Of a stretch of DNA of 64,000 nt, positions 1 through 10,204 are shown piece after piece. Source of the stretch: Pseudomonadota bacterium (GTDB lineage Bacteria > Pseudomonadota > Gammaproteobacteria > Xanthomonadales > Xanthomonadaceae); assembly GCA_029560515.1 (NCBI GenBank), contig JAKQKT010000370.1, forward strand, positions 98-64,097. The letters are read 5' to 3'. The translations under genes and the position numbers were made by a program. Below the pieces are notes generated by a model that ran no database searches, was not told the origin of the DNA, and saw only the letters and a list, made by a program, of their open reading frames with translations. Numbering within the stretch: the first letter of the stretch is position 1; the number at the start of each line of letters is the position of its first letter.

Positions 1-897
1 TACATTTGGCACAACGGTGAAATCAAACGTTGGCAAGAGGCGACCGTGCATGTCATGGCGCATGGTTTGCATTACGGCTCTTCAGTTTTCGAAGGCATTC
101 GCTGCTATGAAACGCAGAATGGCCATGCCATTTTTCGCTTGAATGATCACAACAAGCGTCTGTTCGATTCGGCAAAAATCTACGAGATGCCGATTCCCTA
201 CACGCTCGATCAAATCAACGCCGCCTGCCATGAAGTGATCAAGGCCAATGGTCTCGGAAAAGCCTATCTGCGTCCGATTGCATTCCGCGATCTCGGCGGT
301 TTCGGCTTGTCGGCCGATTGCCCGACCAGTGTTTCGGTGGCGGCATGGAATATGGGGCCTTATCTTGGTGCGGGTGTACTTGAAGCGGGTATCGATGCCT
401 GCGTGTCCAGCTGGCAGCGCATGGCTCCGAACACGATTCCGACCGGTGCAAAAGCTGGCGGCAATTATCTATCCGGCCAGTTGATTGCCCGTGAAGCAAG
501 ACGCCTCGGCTTCGGCGAAGGCATTGCACTTGCTTCGACCGGTTTACTGTCGGAAGGCGCCGGCGAAAACCTGTTCCTGGTATTCGACGGTGCGTTGCAT
601 ACGACACCCATCAGTGCCGCATTGCTGAACGGCATCACCCGTAACACGATCATGACGCTCGCGAAAGATAATGGCATCGAAGTGATCGAACGCGATATCC
701 CGCGCGAATTCCTGTATCTCTGCGACGAGCTTTTCATGTGCGGCACCGCGGCGGAAATCACGCCGATTCGCTCGGTCGATGGTCGCCAGGTCGGTACCGG
801 AAAACCCGGTCCGCTGACCCTGAAAATCCAGGATCTGTTCTTCGGATTGTTTAACGGAAAAACGCCCGACAAACGTAATTGGTTAACGCCGCTGTAA
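1..897 (+). CDS. ilvE: Branched-chain amino acid aminotransferase (5' end outside window)
   Basis: Frame 1 is open from base 1 (YIWHNGEIKRWQEATVH...). Class IV aminotransferase motifs LHYGSSVFEGIR, AKAGGNY (PLP Lys), EGAGENLF, LNGITR, GTAAEITP. Confidence 0.95.
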   Translation, partial: YIWHNGEIKRWQEATVHVMAHGLHYGSSVFEGIRCYETQNGHAIFRLNDHNKRLFDSAKIYEMPIPYTLDQINAACHEVIKANGLGKAYLRPIAFRDLGGFGLSADCPTSVSVAAWNMGPYLGAGVLEAGIDACVSSWQRMAPNTIPTGAKAGGNYLSGQLIAREARRLGFGEGIALASTGLLSEGAGENLFLVFDGALHTTPISAALLNGITRNTIMTLAKDNGIEVIERDIPREFLYLCDELFMCGTAAEITPIRSVDGRQVGTGKPGPLTLKIQDLFFGLFNGKTPDKRNWLTPL

Positions 898-915
898 TTT
901 TTTTGATTTTTCTTC

Positions 916-1008
916 TGTGGGAGCTGCTTAAGCAGCGATTGATGAGACAGCCTTCAGCAATATCATACGAAGCGTTTGGCTCTAATCGCTGCCAAAGCAG
1001 CTCCCACA
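916..1008. repeat. REP doublet (REPIN-like), GTGG/GTAG-tagged
   Basis: TGTGGGAGCTGCTTAAGCAGCGATT (916-940) and an inverted copy AATCGCTGCCAAAGCAGCTCCCACA (984-1008) differ only at 2 loop bases. Lies between convergent genes. Confidence 0.85.
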
Positions 1009-1021
1009 ACGCATCCGGCAA

Positions 1022-2302
1022 TTATTTCACACCATCAAAAACCAGGCAGGCTTCCGCACCGCTTTCTTCGCGCGGCTTGATGCTGACTTTCCATTCGTAC
1101 AAATCACACAGGCGCCGCACGATCGACAAGCCGATTCCGCCGCCGGTAGTGACGCCGATTCCGGAACCGCGATAACCGCGTTCGAACAGGCGTGCGGCAT
1201 CTTCTTCGCTCAGGCCGGGCCCGGTGTCCTGGATAATCACGCGGTCGGTCTCGACAATAATCCTGACCTCGCCCTCCTGAGTATATTTGCAGGCATTGCC
1301 AATCAAATTTCCGAGCGCAACCGAAAGCACGGCTTCGGGTGCATTGACGAAGACATCATTCAAGCCATCCACCAGGACCTTGACGGGCTTGTTGGTCATC
1401 TGGGCACGATTTGCTTCGGCAAGATTATTCGCCAGCTTGTGGATATCGGTATTGCCGACGCCGCGCTCGTTACGCGACAGCATCAGCAAGGCCGTCGTCA
1501 AATCGGTGCACTGCAAGGCGGCACGATCAATCCGCTGCAGACGCAGCTTGGTCTTTTCCGGCAAATCGGGATTTGCCAGCAATAGTTCGGTGGCGCCACG
1601 GATAACGGCAAGCGGCGTGCGCAGCTCATGGCTGACATCGGCATTGAATTCACGATCGCGCTTGACCAGCTGCGTCATGCGTCCGGAATAATCATCCAGT
1701 GTGGCGGCAAGTTCACCCACTTCATCATTTGCGAAATAAGGTGCCAATGCCTGTGCCTTGTCGCTTCCGGAAAGATCGGCAACGCGGCGCGCGAGTTCGG
1801 TCACCGGGCTGATAACGCGCGAAGAAGACCAGATACCGATCAACCAGGCGAGCGCGGAGAAAACAATAACGGCAAGCCCCAGTGCAACCAGCATTTGCTG
1901 TTCACCGAGCGAGGCGCCGGTGACGTCGTAGCGGACATAGCTGACAAGATCCTTGTCGCGACGGATTGCATATTTGTACAAGCGCAATTTTCCGTCTTCA
2001 TCCAGCTGGGAAATATTGTGTACGCCGGTATCCAGACCCTGCAAATACAGGGGCATCTTGTAGGCCGCGCGCGCACTCCAGGTGCGAGCCGTGTAAAGCG
2101 AAAACGAGGGCGGCGCATTGGGATTTTCGCGCGCCTGTGCGACCAGGCTGTCGACTTCCTTCTGCATCGTATCGTCAATCAGCTGGCCTTCCAGCTTGGT
2201 ACGCAAATACAAACTCGAGGCGGCAAACAGCGCGGTCAGGCCAAAACCGAGTGCCAGAAAGGAAAGGATGATTCGGGTGCGAAGTCTGCGCCGGTACTGC
2301 AT
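1022..2302 (-). CDS. colS: Sensor histidine kinase, ColS/VgrS-like
   Basis: Two TM segments, HAMP, H-box DVSHELRTPL, N box NLIGNACKY, G boxes DTGPGL and GGGIGL. Downstream of a ColR-like regulator. Confidence 0.8.
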   Translation of the reverse strand: MQYRRRLRTRIILSFLALGFGLTALFAASSLYLRTKLEGQLIDDTMQKEVDSLVAQARENPNAPPSFSLYTARTWSARAAYKMPLYLQGLDTGVHNISQLDEDGKLRLYKYAIRRDKDLVSYVRYDVTGASLGEQQMLVALGLAVIVFSALAWLIGIWSSSRVISPVTELARRVADLSGSDKAQALAPYFANDEVGELAATLDDYSGRMTQLVKRDREFNADVSHELRTPLAVIRGATELLLANPDLPEKTKLRLQRIDRAALQCTDLTTALLMLSRNERGVGNTDIHKLANNLAEANRAQMTNKPVKVLVDGLNDVFVNAPEAVLSVALGNLIGNACKYTQEGEVRIIVETDRVIIQDTGPGLSEEDAARLFERGYRGSGIGVTTGGGIGLSIVRRLCDLYEWKVSIKPREESGAEACLVFDGVK

Positions 2303-2324
2303 CGGTTAACGCCGTGCCGGACCT

Positions 2325-3005
2325 TTAGGCCGACTCAGTGTCTGCGATTCGATAGCCGATCCCGTGCCGGGTTTGAATGAGAGCTTTGTCGAATGGTTTG
2401 TCTATTGCAGCGCGCAAGCCATGGATATGGACGCGTAGGGAGTCGCTATCGGGCAATTCTTCGCCCCAGACACGATTTTCGAGTTCCAGCCGGGTCACGA
2501 CGGAAGGCGAAGCTTCCATGAGTGATTGCAGGATTTTCAATGCGGTCGGATTCAGCTGAATGGCTTTGCCGCCACGCATGACTTCAAGCGTGTCGAGATT
2601 GTATTCAAGATCGGCGACATGCAGAACGCGCGGTTGTGCCGCTTTTCCGCGCCGAGCGAGTACCGACAGGCGGGCTTCGACTTCCTGCAATGCAAATGGC
2701 TTGACCAGATAATCGTCAGCGCCAGATTCGAAACCGGCCAGCTTGCTGTCTAGCGAATCACGCGCTGTCAGCATCAATACCGGAGTTTGTTTGCGGCCTT
2801 CGGCTCGCAAACGTTTGCAGACTTCCAGGCCATCCATGCCGGGAAGATTCAAGTCCAGAATAATGGCATCGAAATCATTGACCACCGCCAGATGCAGCCC
2901 GGCGACGCCGTCGGCAGCATAGTCGACCGTGTGACCACGGTCTTCAAGAAAATCGCCGAGGTTGGCGGCGATATCGCGGTTATCTTCGATGACCAGGATT
3001 CGCAT
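2325..3005 (-). CDS. colR: OmpR-family response regulator, ColR/VgrR-like
   Basis: MRILVIEDNRDIAANLGDFLEDRGH, LDLNLPGMDG, wHTH end LIQTRHGIGY. Closely resembles xanthomonad ColR/VgrR as recalled. Confidence 0.85.
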   Translation of the reverse strand: MRILVIEDNRDIAANLGDFLEDRGHTVDYAADGVAGLHLAVVNDFDAIILDLNLPGMDGLEVCKRLRAEGRKQTPVLMLTARDSLDSKLAGFESGADDYLVKPFALQEVEARLSVLARRGKAAQPRVLHVADLEYNLDTLEVMRGGKAIQLNPTALKILQSLMEASPSVVTRLELENRVWGEELPDSDSLRVHIHGLRAAIDKPFDKALIQTRHGIGYRIADTESA

Positions 3006-3007
3006 TA

Positions 3008-3481
3008 TCAGTTGTTCTGCACGTTGATTTGCATGGATTTCTGTTTGCCTTTCAGTGCGTCTTGAGTTTCAGCATACAGCCTTTTCTGGGCAGCTGCAGT
3101 ACGGCAGACACGTTTGGGCAGATTCGAACCGATGACATTCTCCTTCATGCAAACCATGCGGCTATCCTGCTTGGCTTGTTCGAGGGCCTTGTTGATTAGC
3201 TGCTGATCGGCAAGTGCCTGCTGGCGGGCATTGGCGTCCACCGATGACAGCGGCTTGTCGTCAGCAAGAATTTCGTTGATACGTTCGAGGGCTTTCGTCA
3301 CTTCGTTGCGTTTTTCGACGGTGATTTCGGAATATTTTTCGTCATTGTTCACGGTATGCAGAACCACAAGCTTCTGTGCGGCGAATGGTTTGCCGGCCAG
3401 GTCGAGCTGGATTGCATCGTCTGCAAAGGCGAGCGGAGACAACAGGAGTGCCGTTGCAAACAAAATGGAAGAAAAGCGCAT
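3008..3481 (-). CDS. Secreted/periplasmic protein, likely accessory protein of the ColRS/VgrRS system
   Basis: Signal peptide MRFSSILFATALLLSPLAFA; C-terminal VC..E..IGSNLPKRVCRT Cys pair; stop 2 nt before the colR start. Confidence 0.75.
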   Translation of the reverse strand: MRFSSILFATALLLSPLAFADDAIQLDLAGKPFAAQKLVVLHTVNNDEKYSEITVEKRNEVTKALERINEILADDKPLSSVDANARQQALADQQLINKALEQAKQDSRMVCMKENVIGSNLPKRVCRTAAAQKRLYAETQDALKGKQKSMQINVQNN

Positions 3482-3585
3482 TGCAAAACCTCGGATCAAG
3501 TGGGCATTAGATTGTGCCAGAGATCACAAGTTCCGGTACAGGACGAAAGTCATGGGTAAGCCTGTCTGCCAATCAGGATAAACAA

Positions 3586-4512
3586 CTACTTAGCGAGTGT
3601 TTTGATTCGCCTTTTGGCCTTTGTCCGCCCTGCTGCCACCCTTGTCCGTGTTTGCAACAGCTCGATCATCGCGCCGGCAATATCGATTCCAGTGACGCTT
3701 TCTATCCCCTCCAGGCCCGGCGATGAATTGACCTCCAGCACCATGGGGCCATTACGGGAACGCAACAAGTCGACACCGGCAACTGCCAGACCCAGAGCCT
3801 TTGCCGATTTCAATGCCGTATCGCGCTCTTCGACACTGAGTTCCACCACCGTCGCAGCACCACCACGATGCAGATTGGAACGAAATTCCCCCGCCGCCGC
3901 CTGTCGCTTCATCGAAGCGACGACCCGATCACCCACGACGAAACAACGTATGTCCGCCCCTTTGGCTTCCGGAATGAATTCCTGCACAAGAAAATTCGCG
4001 TAAAGGCCGCGCAGCGCTTCAATCACGCTGCGGGAAGCACTCAGTTGTTCGGCCAGAATTACCCCGGCACCTTGCGAACCTTCATTAAGCTTGATGATGT
4101 GTGGTGGTTCACCCATAAGATCAAGCAAATCCTGGGTGTCGTCGGGATTGTCGCCGAATACGGTGACAGGCAATCCGATTCCTTCGGCGGCCAGTAATTG
4201 ATGGCAACGCAATTTGTCGCGCGCGCGCAAAATCGCATCGGAAGAATTCGGGGTATAGGCCCCCATCATTTCAAATTGTCTGAGTACCGCAGTGCCATAA
4301 CGCGTGATCGAGGCCCCGATCCTTGGAATAACGGCGTCGAAACCGACAAGGGATTTGCCTTTGTAGTTAAGTTGAAATTGCCCGGGGGCGATTTTCATGT
4401 AACAACGCAAGGGATCGAGAACCCGCACGGTGTGCCCACGCTCACGAGCTGCCTGCACGATGCGCTGGGTTGAATAGAGTTTTGCGTTGCGGGACAAAAT
4501 GGCCAGCTTCAT
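3586..4512 (-). CDS. rimK: Ribosomal protein S6--L-glutamate ligase (ATP-grasp)
   Basis: [50 protein letters not shown]. Confidence 0.95.
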   Translation of the reverse strand: MKLAILSRNAKLYSTQRIVQAARERGHTVRVLDPLRCYMKIAPGQFQLNYKGKSLVGFDAVIPRIGASITRYGTAVLRQFEMMGAYTPNSSDAILRARDKLRCHQLLAAEGIGLPVTVFGDNPDDTQDLLDLMGEPPHIIKLNEGSQGAGVILAEQLSASRSVIEALRGLYANFLVQEFIPEAKGADIRCFVVGDRVVASMKRQAAAGEFRSNLHRGGAATVVELSVEERDTALKSAKALGLAVAGVDLLRSRNGPMVLEVNSSPGLEGIESVTGIDIAGAMIELLQTRTRVAAGRTKAKRRIKTLAK

Positions 4513-4552
4513 GGGAATTCCTTTGATGCAGCGGCCAGGGAAATTTAGGTAC

Positions 4553-4626
4553 TGGAGCGGGAGATGGGAATCGAACCCACGTCAGTGGCTTGGGAAGTCA
4601 CAGCTCTACCATTAAGCTACACCCGC
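4553..4626 (-). tRNA. tRNA-Gly(CCC), 74 nt, CCA encoded
   Basis: Reverse complement GCGGGTG TA GCTTAATGGTAGAGC T GTGAC TTCCCAA GCCAC TGAC GTGGG TTCGATT CCCAT CTCCCGC TCCA folds as a cloverleaf with U73. Two stem mismatches (see findings). Confidence 0.93.
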
Positions 4627-4634
4627 ACGACTGA

Positions 4635-4642
4635 ATTATAAT
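4635..4642. promoter_or_regulatory. Symmetric -10 element (ATTATAAT) between tRNA-Gly and thiS
   Basis: TATAAT on + at 4637-4642, 6 nt before the thiS ATG. TATAAT on - at 4640-4635, 8 nt before the tRNA 5' end. Confidence 0.65.
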
Positions 4643-4648
4643 GCCCGT

Positions 4649-4849
4649 ATGCAAATATTACTCAATGGCCAAACAATCGACCTGCCCGGCTCCATCAGCT
4701 TGGCACAACTCCTTGAACAGCACGGCTATGCACAACGCCGCGTGGCTGTCGAAGTGAACCGAAGCATCGTGCCGAAAAGCAGGCATCTTGAACACATGCT
4801 CGGCGAAGGCGATAAAGTCGAAATCGTCCATGCCCTGGGTGGTGGCTGA
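4649..4849 (+). CDS. thiS: Sulfur carrier protein ThiS
   Basis: 66 aa, [13 protein letters not shown]-terminal GG, upstream of thiG. Confidence 0.95.
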   Translation: MQILLNGQTIDLPGSISLAQLLEQHGYAQRRVAVEVNRSIVPKSRHLEHMLGEGDKVEIVHALGGG

Positions 4850-4902
4850 ATCGACATCAATTTACCCTTATCGGAAAGGGGTTTTCGCGCCATAATGCGG
4901 GG

Positions 4903-5697
4903 ATGAATCAGTCCAACTCATCTGCTGCACTTATCATCGCCGGAAAAAGCTATAGCTCCCGCCTGCTCACCGGCACCGGCAAATTCAAGGATTTCGAAGA
5001 AACCCGTCTGGCGACCGAAGCGGCCGGTGCGGAGATCGTTACCGTTGCCATTCGACGAACCAATCTGGGCCAGGACAGCACCGCACCCAATCTGCTCGAC
5101 GTGTTGCCACCGGAAAAATATACGCTGCTGCCCAATACCGCCGGCTGCTACAACGTGGAAGACGCGGTTCGCACCTGCCAGCTGGCGCGTGAACTGCTCG
5201 ATGGCCACCGCTTGGTGAAACTCGAAGTGCTCGGTGATCCGAAAACCCTGTTTCCGAATGTGATCGACACCATAAAGGCCGCCGAAATCCTGGTGCGCGA
5301 TGGTTTCGACGTGATGGTCTATACCTCGGACGATCCCATCATCGCTAAACAACTCGAAGCGATCGGCTGCGTTGCCGTGATGCCACTTGCCGCTCCGATC
5401 GGTTCGGGTCTCGGCATCCAGAACAAATGGAATCTGATCGAAATCATCGAAAACGCGAAAGTACCGATCATTGTCGATGCCGGCGTCGGCACGGCTTCCG
5501 ATGCCGCGATCGCGATGGAACTCGGTTGCGATGGCGTATTGATGAATACTGCGATTGCTTCGGCAAAAAATCCGGTGCTTATGGCAAGCGCGATGCGGAA
5601 AGCCGTTGAAGCGGGGCGCGAAGCCTTCCTGGCCGGGCGCATTCCGAAAAAACGAAATGCCAATGCCTCGTCGCCGATTGATGGCCTGTTCTTCTGA
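4903..5697 (+). CDS. thiG: Thiazole synthase
   Basis: [49 protein letters not shown]. Confidence 0.97.
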   Translation: MNQSNSSAALIIAGKSYSSRLLTGTGKFKDFEETRLATEAAGAEIVTVAIRRTNLGQDSTAPNLLDVLPPEKYTLLPNTAGCYNVEDAVRTCQLARELLDGHRLVKLEVLGDPKTLFPNVIDTIKAAEILVRDGFDVMVYTSDDPIIAKQLEAIGCVAVMPLAAPIGSGLGIQNKWNLIEIIENAKVPIIVDAGVGTASDAAIAMELGCDGVLMNTAIASAKNPVLMASAMRKAVEAGREAFLAGRIPKKRNANASSPIDGLFF

Positions 5698-5700
5698 ACC

Positions 5701-6417
5701 ATGAATCACAACGCCGACATTGCAGACACCCATTGTGAAGACTTGAAAAAACGTCGTATCCGCAGCTACGTACTGCGTCAGGGCCGAGTGACACAGGCAC
5801 AGAAGCGCGCATTCACCGATCACTGGCCACGCTATGGCATCGAATATTCCGGCGAAACAAAAAATTTCGACACCATTTTCGGTAGGACAGCCGAACTCGT
5901 TCTCGAGATAGGTTTTGGCAATGGCGAACAAATGCAATTCGCTGCCAGCCATGAGCCGGAACGGGATTTTATCGGCGTCGAAGTACACGGCCCCGGCGTG
6001 GGGCGTCTGCTGAATGGATTGGCCGATGACAATGTGAAGAATGCGCGTGTTTATCAGCACGATGCAGTCGAAGTATTGAAGAACGAAATACCCGATGCTT
6101 CATTGTCGCAAGTCCGTATTTATTTTCCCGACCCCTGGCATAAAAAGCGGCACCACAAACGCCGCATGATCCAAGGCGATTTCGTGCAACTGCTGTGCCG
6201 GAAAATCAAATCCGGCGGCTTGCTGCATCTGGCCACGGATTGGGAAAACTATGCCGAACACATGTGGGATGTTTGCGATGCCGAGCCCATGCTCGAAAAC
6301 CAAAACGGTGCGCGTGGTTTTGCCGCTCGCCCAGAATGGCGGCGCCAGACGCATTTTGAAACCCGCGGACTGAAACTCGGCCACGGGGTATGGGATTTGC
6401 TTTACACAAGACGCTAG
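5701..6417 (+). CDS. trmB: tRNA (guanine-N7)-methyltransferase
   Basis: [50 protein letters not shown]. Confidence 0.97.
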   Translation: MNHNADIADTHCEDLKKRRIRSYVLRQGRVTQAQKRAFTDHWPRYGIEYSGETKNFDTIFGRTAELVLEIGFGNGEQMQFAASHEPERDFIGVEVHGPGVGRLLNGLADDNVKNARVYQHDAVEVLKNEIPDASLSQVRIYFPDPWHKKRHHKRRMIQGDFVQLLCRKIKSGGLLHLATDWENYAEHMWDVCDAEPMLENQNGARGFAARPEWRRQTHFETRGLKLGHGVWDLLYTRR

Positions 6418-6434
6418 GAGATCCGTTCAAACGC

Positions 6435-8276
6435 ATGAATAGCAGCATCACACCACTGACGGGCGATATGGTTTTGGTACTGGGTCTGTCGGCCTTCGTG
6501 ATGACGATGTTTGTGTTCGAGCATATTCGCGGCGATGTCACCGCACTTGTCGTGCTGGTCATTCTTGGCGCCAGCAATCTGGTGGAAGCCGATACGCTTT
6601 TTTCGGGTTTATCCAGTAACGCCGTTATCAGTATTATCGCTTCCATGATTCTAAGCTCGGGGCTCGAGCGTACCGGTGCATTGAACCGGCTTGCCGGCTG
6701 GTTATTGCGACGTTCCGACGGCATCGAAGAACGCCTGATCCTGTTTCACTCCGCGATCGCCGGCGTGATGTCGGGCTTCATGCAGAATCCGGCCGTCACT
6801 GCCCTGTTCCTGCCGGTAGCGTCGCGGCTGTCGGCACGTACCGGCATCGTGTTGTCCCGGCTTCTGATTCCGATGGCGACCGCGATCATCATGGGCGGCG
6901 GCCTCACCATGATAGGTAATTCGCCCCTGATCATGCTGAATGATTTATTGCAGTCGGCCAATAGCAACCTGCCTTCCGGCGTGGCCGTGCTGAAACCCTT
7001 GCCGATGTTCAAACCCTTGCCGATCGGCATTCTGTTATTGGCTGCCGGTTTGATTTATTTCTATACCCGCGGCAAAAAATGGCTGCGCGATGATGAAGAC
7101 AAGGGCGTGATGCCGAGCACGCCCGAAAGTTATTTCGCAAAGTCCTACGGTATTGAAGGCGATGTATTCGAACTGACGGTGACTGCGGAAAGCCCCTTGG
7201 TCGGCATGCCGCTCGGCGAAGCGGAAGCGCTTGCCGGTGCACCGCTGCTGCTGGCATTGCAAACGGGTAACGACTCGCGCCTGGCACCGCCAGCCGACAC
7301 CATCCTCTGGGTCGGCACGGTACTGGGCGTGATGGGCGAACGCGAAAAAGTGCAGGATTACGCAAAGCAGCAACAGCTGAAATTTTCCGCACGCCTGCGG
7401 GTGCTTGGCGATTTATTCAATCCCTCGCACGCCGGTATTTCCGAAGCCGTTATTCCGCCGACGTCGCATTTTATCGGCCGCACGCAGGCTGACCTCAGGC
7501 TGCGAAAACGCTTCGGTATCAGCCTTCTCGCGATTCAACGCGGCAAGGAAGTATTTCGCGACGATATCCGCAAATTGCCGATCCGTGCCGGTGACATGCT
7601 GGTGTTTCACAGCATCTGGAAGGATCTGGCACAAGCAAGCGAATCCCGCGATTTCGTCGTGGTGACCGATTATCCAAAAGACGAGCACCGTCCGCACAAG
7701 ATCAATTGGGCTGTCGGCATTTTTGCAGTCTGCATGCTGCTGGCTTTGACCGCGGTGGCACCCTTGTCACTCACCTTGATGGCCGGTGCTTCCGCGATGG
7801 TGCTGAGCGGCGTACTGAATATGGACGAAGCCTATGCTTCGATCAGCTGGAAAACCGTTTTCCTGATGGCCTGCCTGATCCCCTTGGGCTGGGCGATGAA
7901 TACCACAGGAGCTGCGAACTGGCTGGCGCAACACACACTGGATATTTTTGGCGACCAGACCCCGATCTTCGTTTTCCAGATCGCGATCTGTCTGCTGACT
8001 ACCTTGTTCGGATTGATCATCGGCAATGTCGGCGCGACCATCATCATGGTGCCGATCGGCATCAATGTTGCTCTCGCAGCGGGCGGCAACCCGACCTCAT
8101 TTGCACTGCTTGTGGCGCTTTCGGCGAGCAATAATTTCATGAGCCAATCGAATCCGGTACTGGCCATGATTTCCGGCCCCGCCGGCTACCAGTCCCGGGA
8201 GTTCTGGCGTACCGGGGCACCACTGACCCTACTGTATTTGATCATTACTCTGGTAACCGTCAACCTGGTCTTCTAG
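6435..8276 (+). CDS. SLC13/CitMHS-family permease with TrkA-C domains
   Basis: Hydrophobic N- and C-terminal blocks (TMIGNSPLI) flank two TrkA-C-like domains (ESPLVG; RFGISLLAIQRG). Start at ATG 6435 chosen to avoid overlap with trmB. Confidence 0.85.
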   Translation: MNSSITPLTGDMVLVLGLSAFVMTMFVFEHIRGDVTALVVLVILGASNLVEADTLFSGLSSNAVISIIASMILSSGLERTGALNRLAGWLLRRSDGIEERLILFHSAIAGVMSGFMQNPAVTALFLPVASRLSARTGIVLSRLLIPMATAIIMGGGLTMIGNSPLIMLNDLLQSANSNLPSGVAVLKPLPMFKPLPIGILLLAAGLIYFYTRGKKWLRDDEDKGVMPSTPESYFAKSYGIEGDVFELTVTAESPLVGMPLGEAEALAGAPLLLALQTGNDSRLAPPADTILWVGTVLGVMGEREKVQDYAKQQQLKFSARLRVLGDLFNPSHAGISEAVIPPTSHFIGRTQADLRLRKRFGISLLAIQRGKEVFRDDIRKLPIRAGDMLVFHSIWKDLAQASESRDFVVVTDYPKDEHRPHKINWAVGIFAVCMLLALTAVAPLSLTLMAGASAMVLSGVLNMDEAYASISWKTVFLMACLIPLGWAMNTTGAANWLAQHTLDIFGDQTPIFVFQIAICLLTTLFGLIIGNVGATIIMVPIGINVALAAGGNPTSFALLVALSASNNFMSQSNPVLAMISGPAGYQSREFWRTGAPLTLLYLIITLVTVNLVF

Positions 8277-8653
8277 CCATCCGACTCCGGTGCAAGACCG
8301 GATGAACTTAGATGGAGCTGATCTTCCTGCCACTCCACCGCCACGGCTTTAAGACTGGCTCCACGACAAGGTCCGGCAACGCATTCGCCGCTGTCCAGCC
8401 GGAAGCTGGCTCCATGCGCCGCACAGACCAGATCACCGTCCTGCATCAGGAATTTGCCGGGTGCATAATCCAGTCGGCGGCCTGCATGGGGGCAGATATT
8501 GAGCCAGGCTTGAATATTTTCCTGATCACGATAAAGCAGGATAGATTCATTTTCGCCGTCAATGTCGGCATTTACGACGATTATCTGCCTGTTCGGCAAG
8601 TCTTCGCGTGAAATTAACGTTCTGCTTACACTTTTCATTTCATCGCTCGCCAT
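8273..8653 (-). CDS. Rieske [2Fe-2S] ferredoxin-like protein
   Basis: CPHAG and CAAHGASF Rieske ligands, GECVAGPC. True start may be ATG 8638. Confidence 0.9.
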   Translation of the reverse strand: MASDEMKSVSRTLISREDLPNRQIIVVNADIDGENESILLYRDQENIQAWLNICPHAGRRLDYAPGKFLMQDGDLVCAAHGASFRLDSGECVAGPCRGASLKAVAVEWQEDQLHLSSSGLAPESDG

Positions 8654-8685
8654 ACTTCGGTACCGCCTATTTTGACACGCCCATC

Positions 8686-8958
8686 ATGCCGATTTTTATC
8701 CATCGTGTATTTAGCTACTGCCCCAGCAAGCCACGCAGCCCGCTCATGCGCCTGCTTTTCGGCCTGCTTGGTCTTTGCTTGCTGCTGATGTTATTGGTGT
8801 TCGGCGTCTTCATTGGTACCGGCATGCTGTTGTTCGCTGCAGCCCGCCGCCTGCTGGCTTCACGCAAGCCTTCTGCCGTATCGGCCCAGGCCGGTGACGT
8901 TATCGATGCCGAATTCCATATCGTCGACAAGAAACAAGCATCGATCAACGCCCAATAA
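8686..8958 (+). CDS. Small hypothetical membrane protein
   Basis: Long hydrophobic segment followed by a VIDAEFHIV tail; fills the intergenic gap. Confidence 0.65.
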   Translation: MPIFIHRVFSYCPSKPRSPLMRLLFGLLGLCLLLMLLVFGVFIGTGMLLFAAARRLLASRKPSAVSAQAGDVIDAEFHIVDKKQASINAQ

Positions 8959-9000
8959 GCCGCTTGCTATAAAATCGGGGTTCTTCATGGAGAGCCGCTG

Positions 9001-9708
9001 ATGCCATCAAACGAATTTTTGTTCCCCGCGCCGCCTCAGGCCGGCGTCCGCGTACACGGCGAAACCGCCCTGTTTCCGGTTCACCGCATTTATTGCGTCG
9101 GCAGAAACTTCGCCGAACATGCAAAAGAAATGGGCGCCGAAGTCCCGGCCCGCGGTACACCCGTATTCTTCATGAAGCCCGCCGATGCGGTGGTGACCAA
9201 GGGCGGCGATATTCCCTATCCCGGCATGACCAAGGATTTGCATCACGAGGTCGAACTGGTCGTCGCCATTTATCGCGATGCAGCGGGTGTCGTCGATATC
9301 GCGTCGGCACTAGATTACGTATTCGGCTACGGTGTCGGCCTCGATTTGACCCGTCGGGATTTGCAGAATCTCGCCAAGGAAAAACGGCTGCCCTGGGATA
9401 CCTCGAAAGGCTTTGATTTTTCCGCCCCACTCAGTGCGATTATTCCGAAGCAGCAAATAGAAAATCTCGAGGGTTTGGTGCTGTCACTTCAGATCAACGA
9501 TGTTATGCGCCAGCGCGCGCCGCTTTCCGACATGGTATTCAATGTCGCCGAGATCATCCATGAGCTTTCAAAACTTTATGCCTTGAAAGCTGGCGACCTT
9601 ATTTTCATGGGTACGCCCAGCGGGGTTGCTGCCATGCTGCCCGGCGACCACTTCACTGCAAGCCTGGAAGGCTTGATCGATTTTCATGGCAATATTGCCG
9701 CTGTCTAA
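9001..9708 (+). CDS. Fumarylacetoacetate hydrolase family protein
   Basis: [51 protein letters not shown]. Confidence 0.93.
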   Translation: MPSNEFLFPAPPQAGVRVHGETALFPVHRIYCVGRNFAEHAKEMGAEVPARGTPVFFMKPADAVVTKGGDIPYPGMTKDLHHEVELVVAIYRDAAGVVDIASALDYVFGYGVGLDLTRRDLQNLAKEKRLPWDTSKGFDFSAPLSAIIPKQQIENLEGLVLSLQINDVMRQRAPLSDMVFNVAEIIHELSKLYALKAGDLIFMGTPSGVAAMLPGDHFTASLEGLIDFHGNIAAV

Positions 9709-9733
9709 GGCTTCAAAACATCAGGAGATAACA

Positions 9734-10141
9734 ATGGGAATGCTTTCCGAGTTCAAGGAATTTGCAATGAAAGGCAATGTGGTCGATCTGGCCATCGGCG
9801 TCATTATCGGCACCGCTTTCGGCAAGATCGTTTCGTCACTGGTAAACGGCGTGATCATGCCGATCATCGGCAACATCGTGGGCGGCGTGAATTTCGGTGA
9901 TCTGGCCTACACCCTGGCACCCGCCGTTATCGGCGCGGATGGCAAGGAAACCACGCCGGCAGTGTTGGTCGCATACGGCGCCTTCATCCAGACCATCGTC
10001 GATTTCGCGATTATCGCGTTCGTGTTGTTTATTGTGATCAAGATCATGAATCGTCTCAAAAAGGCAGAGGAAGCGGCCCCGACACCGCCGGCAGACGATA
10101 TAGTGTTGTTGACCGAAATTCGCGATCTGCTGAAAAAATAA
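9734..10141 (+). CDS. mscL: Large-conductance mechanosensitive channel
   Basis: [21 protein letters not shown]...YGAFIQ...[10 protein letters not shown]; SD AGGAG before ATG 9734. Confidence 0.97.
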   Translation: MGMLSEFKEFAMKGNVVDLAIGVIIGTAFGKIVSSLVNGVIMPIIGNIVGGVNFGDLAYTLAPAVIGADGKETTPAVLVAYGAFIQTIVDFAIIAFVLFIVIKIMNRLKKAEEAAPTPPADDIVLLTEIRDLLKK

Positions 10142-10204
10142 AAATCCCGCTTCACATCCCTACAGCGCCGACCACCGTCGGCGTTGTTCTTTCCGGAGAT
10201 TCAC

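Noticed and set aside
4553-4660. tRNA as an integration site, or a TPP riboswitch before thiS
   Set aside because: No integrase or duplicated tRNA 3' end was seen, and the 22-nt gap cannot hold a riboswitch.
4918-6060. 380-aa minus-strand ORF
   Set aside because: Antisense shadow of thiG/trmB with no recognisable motifs.
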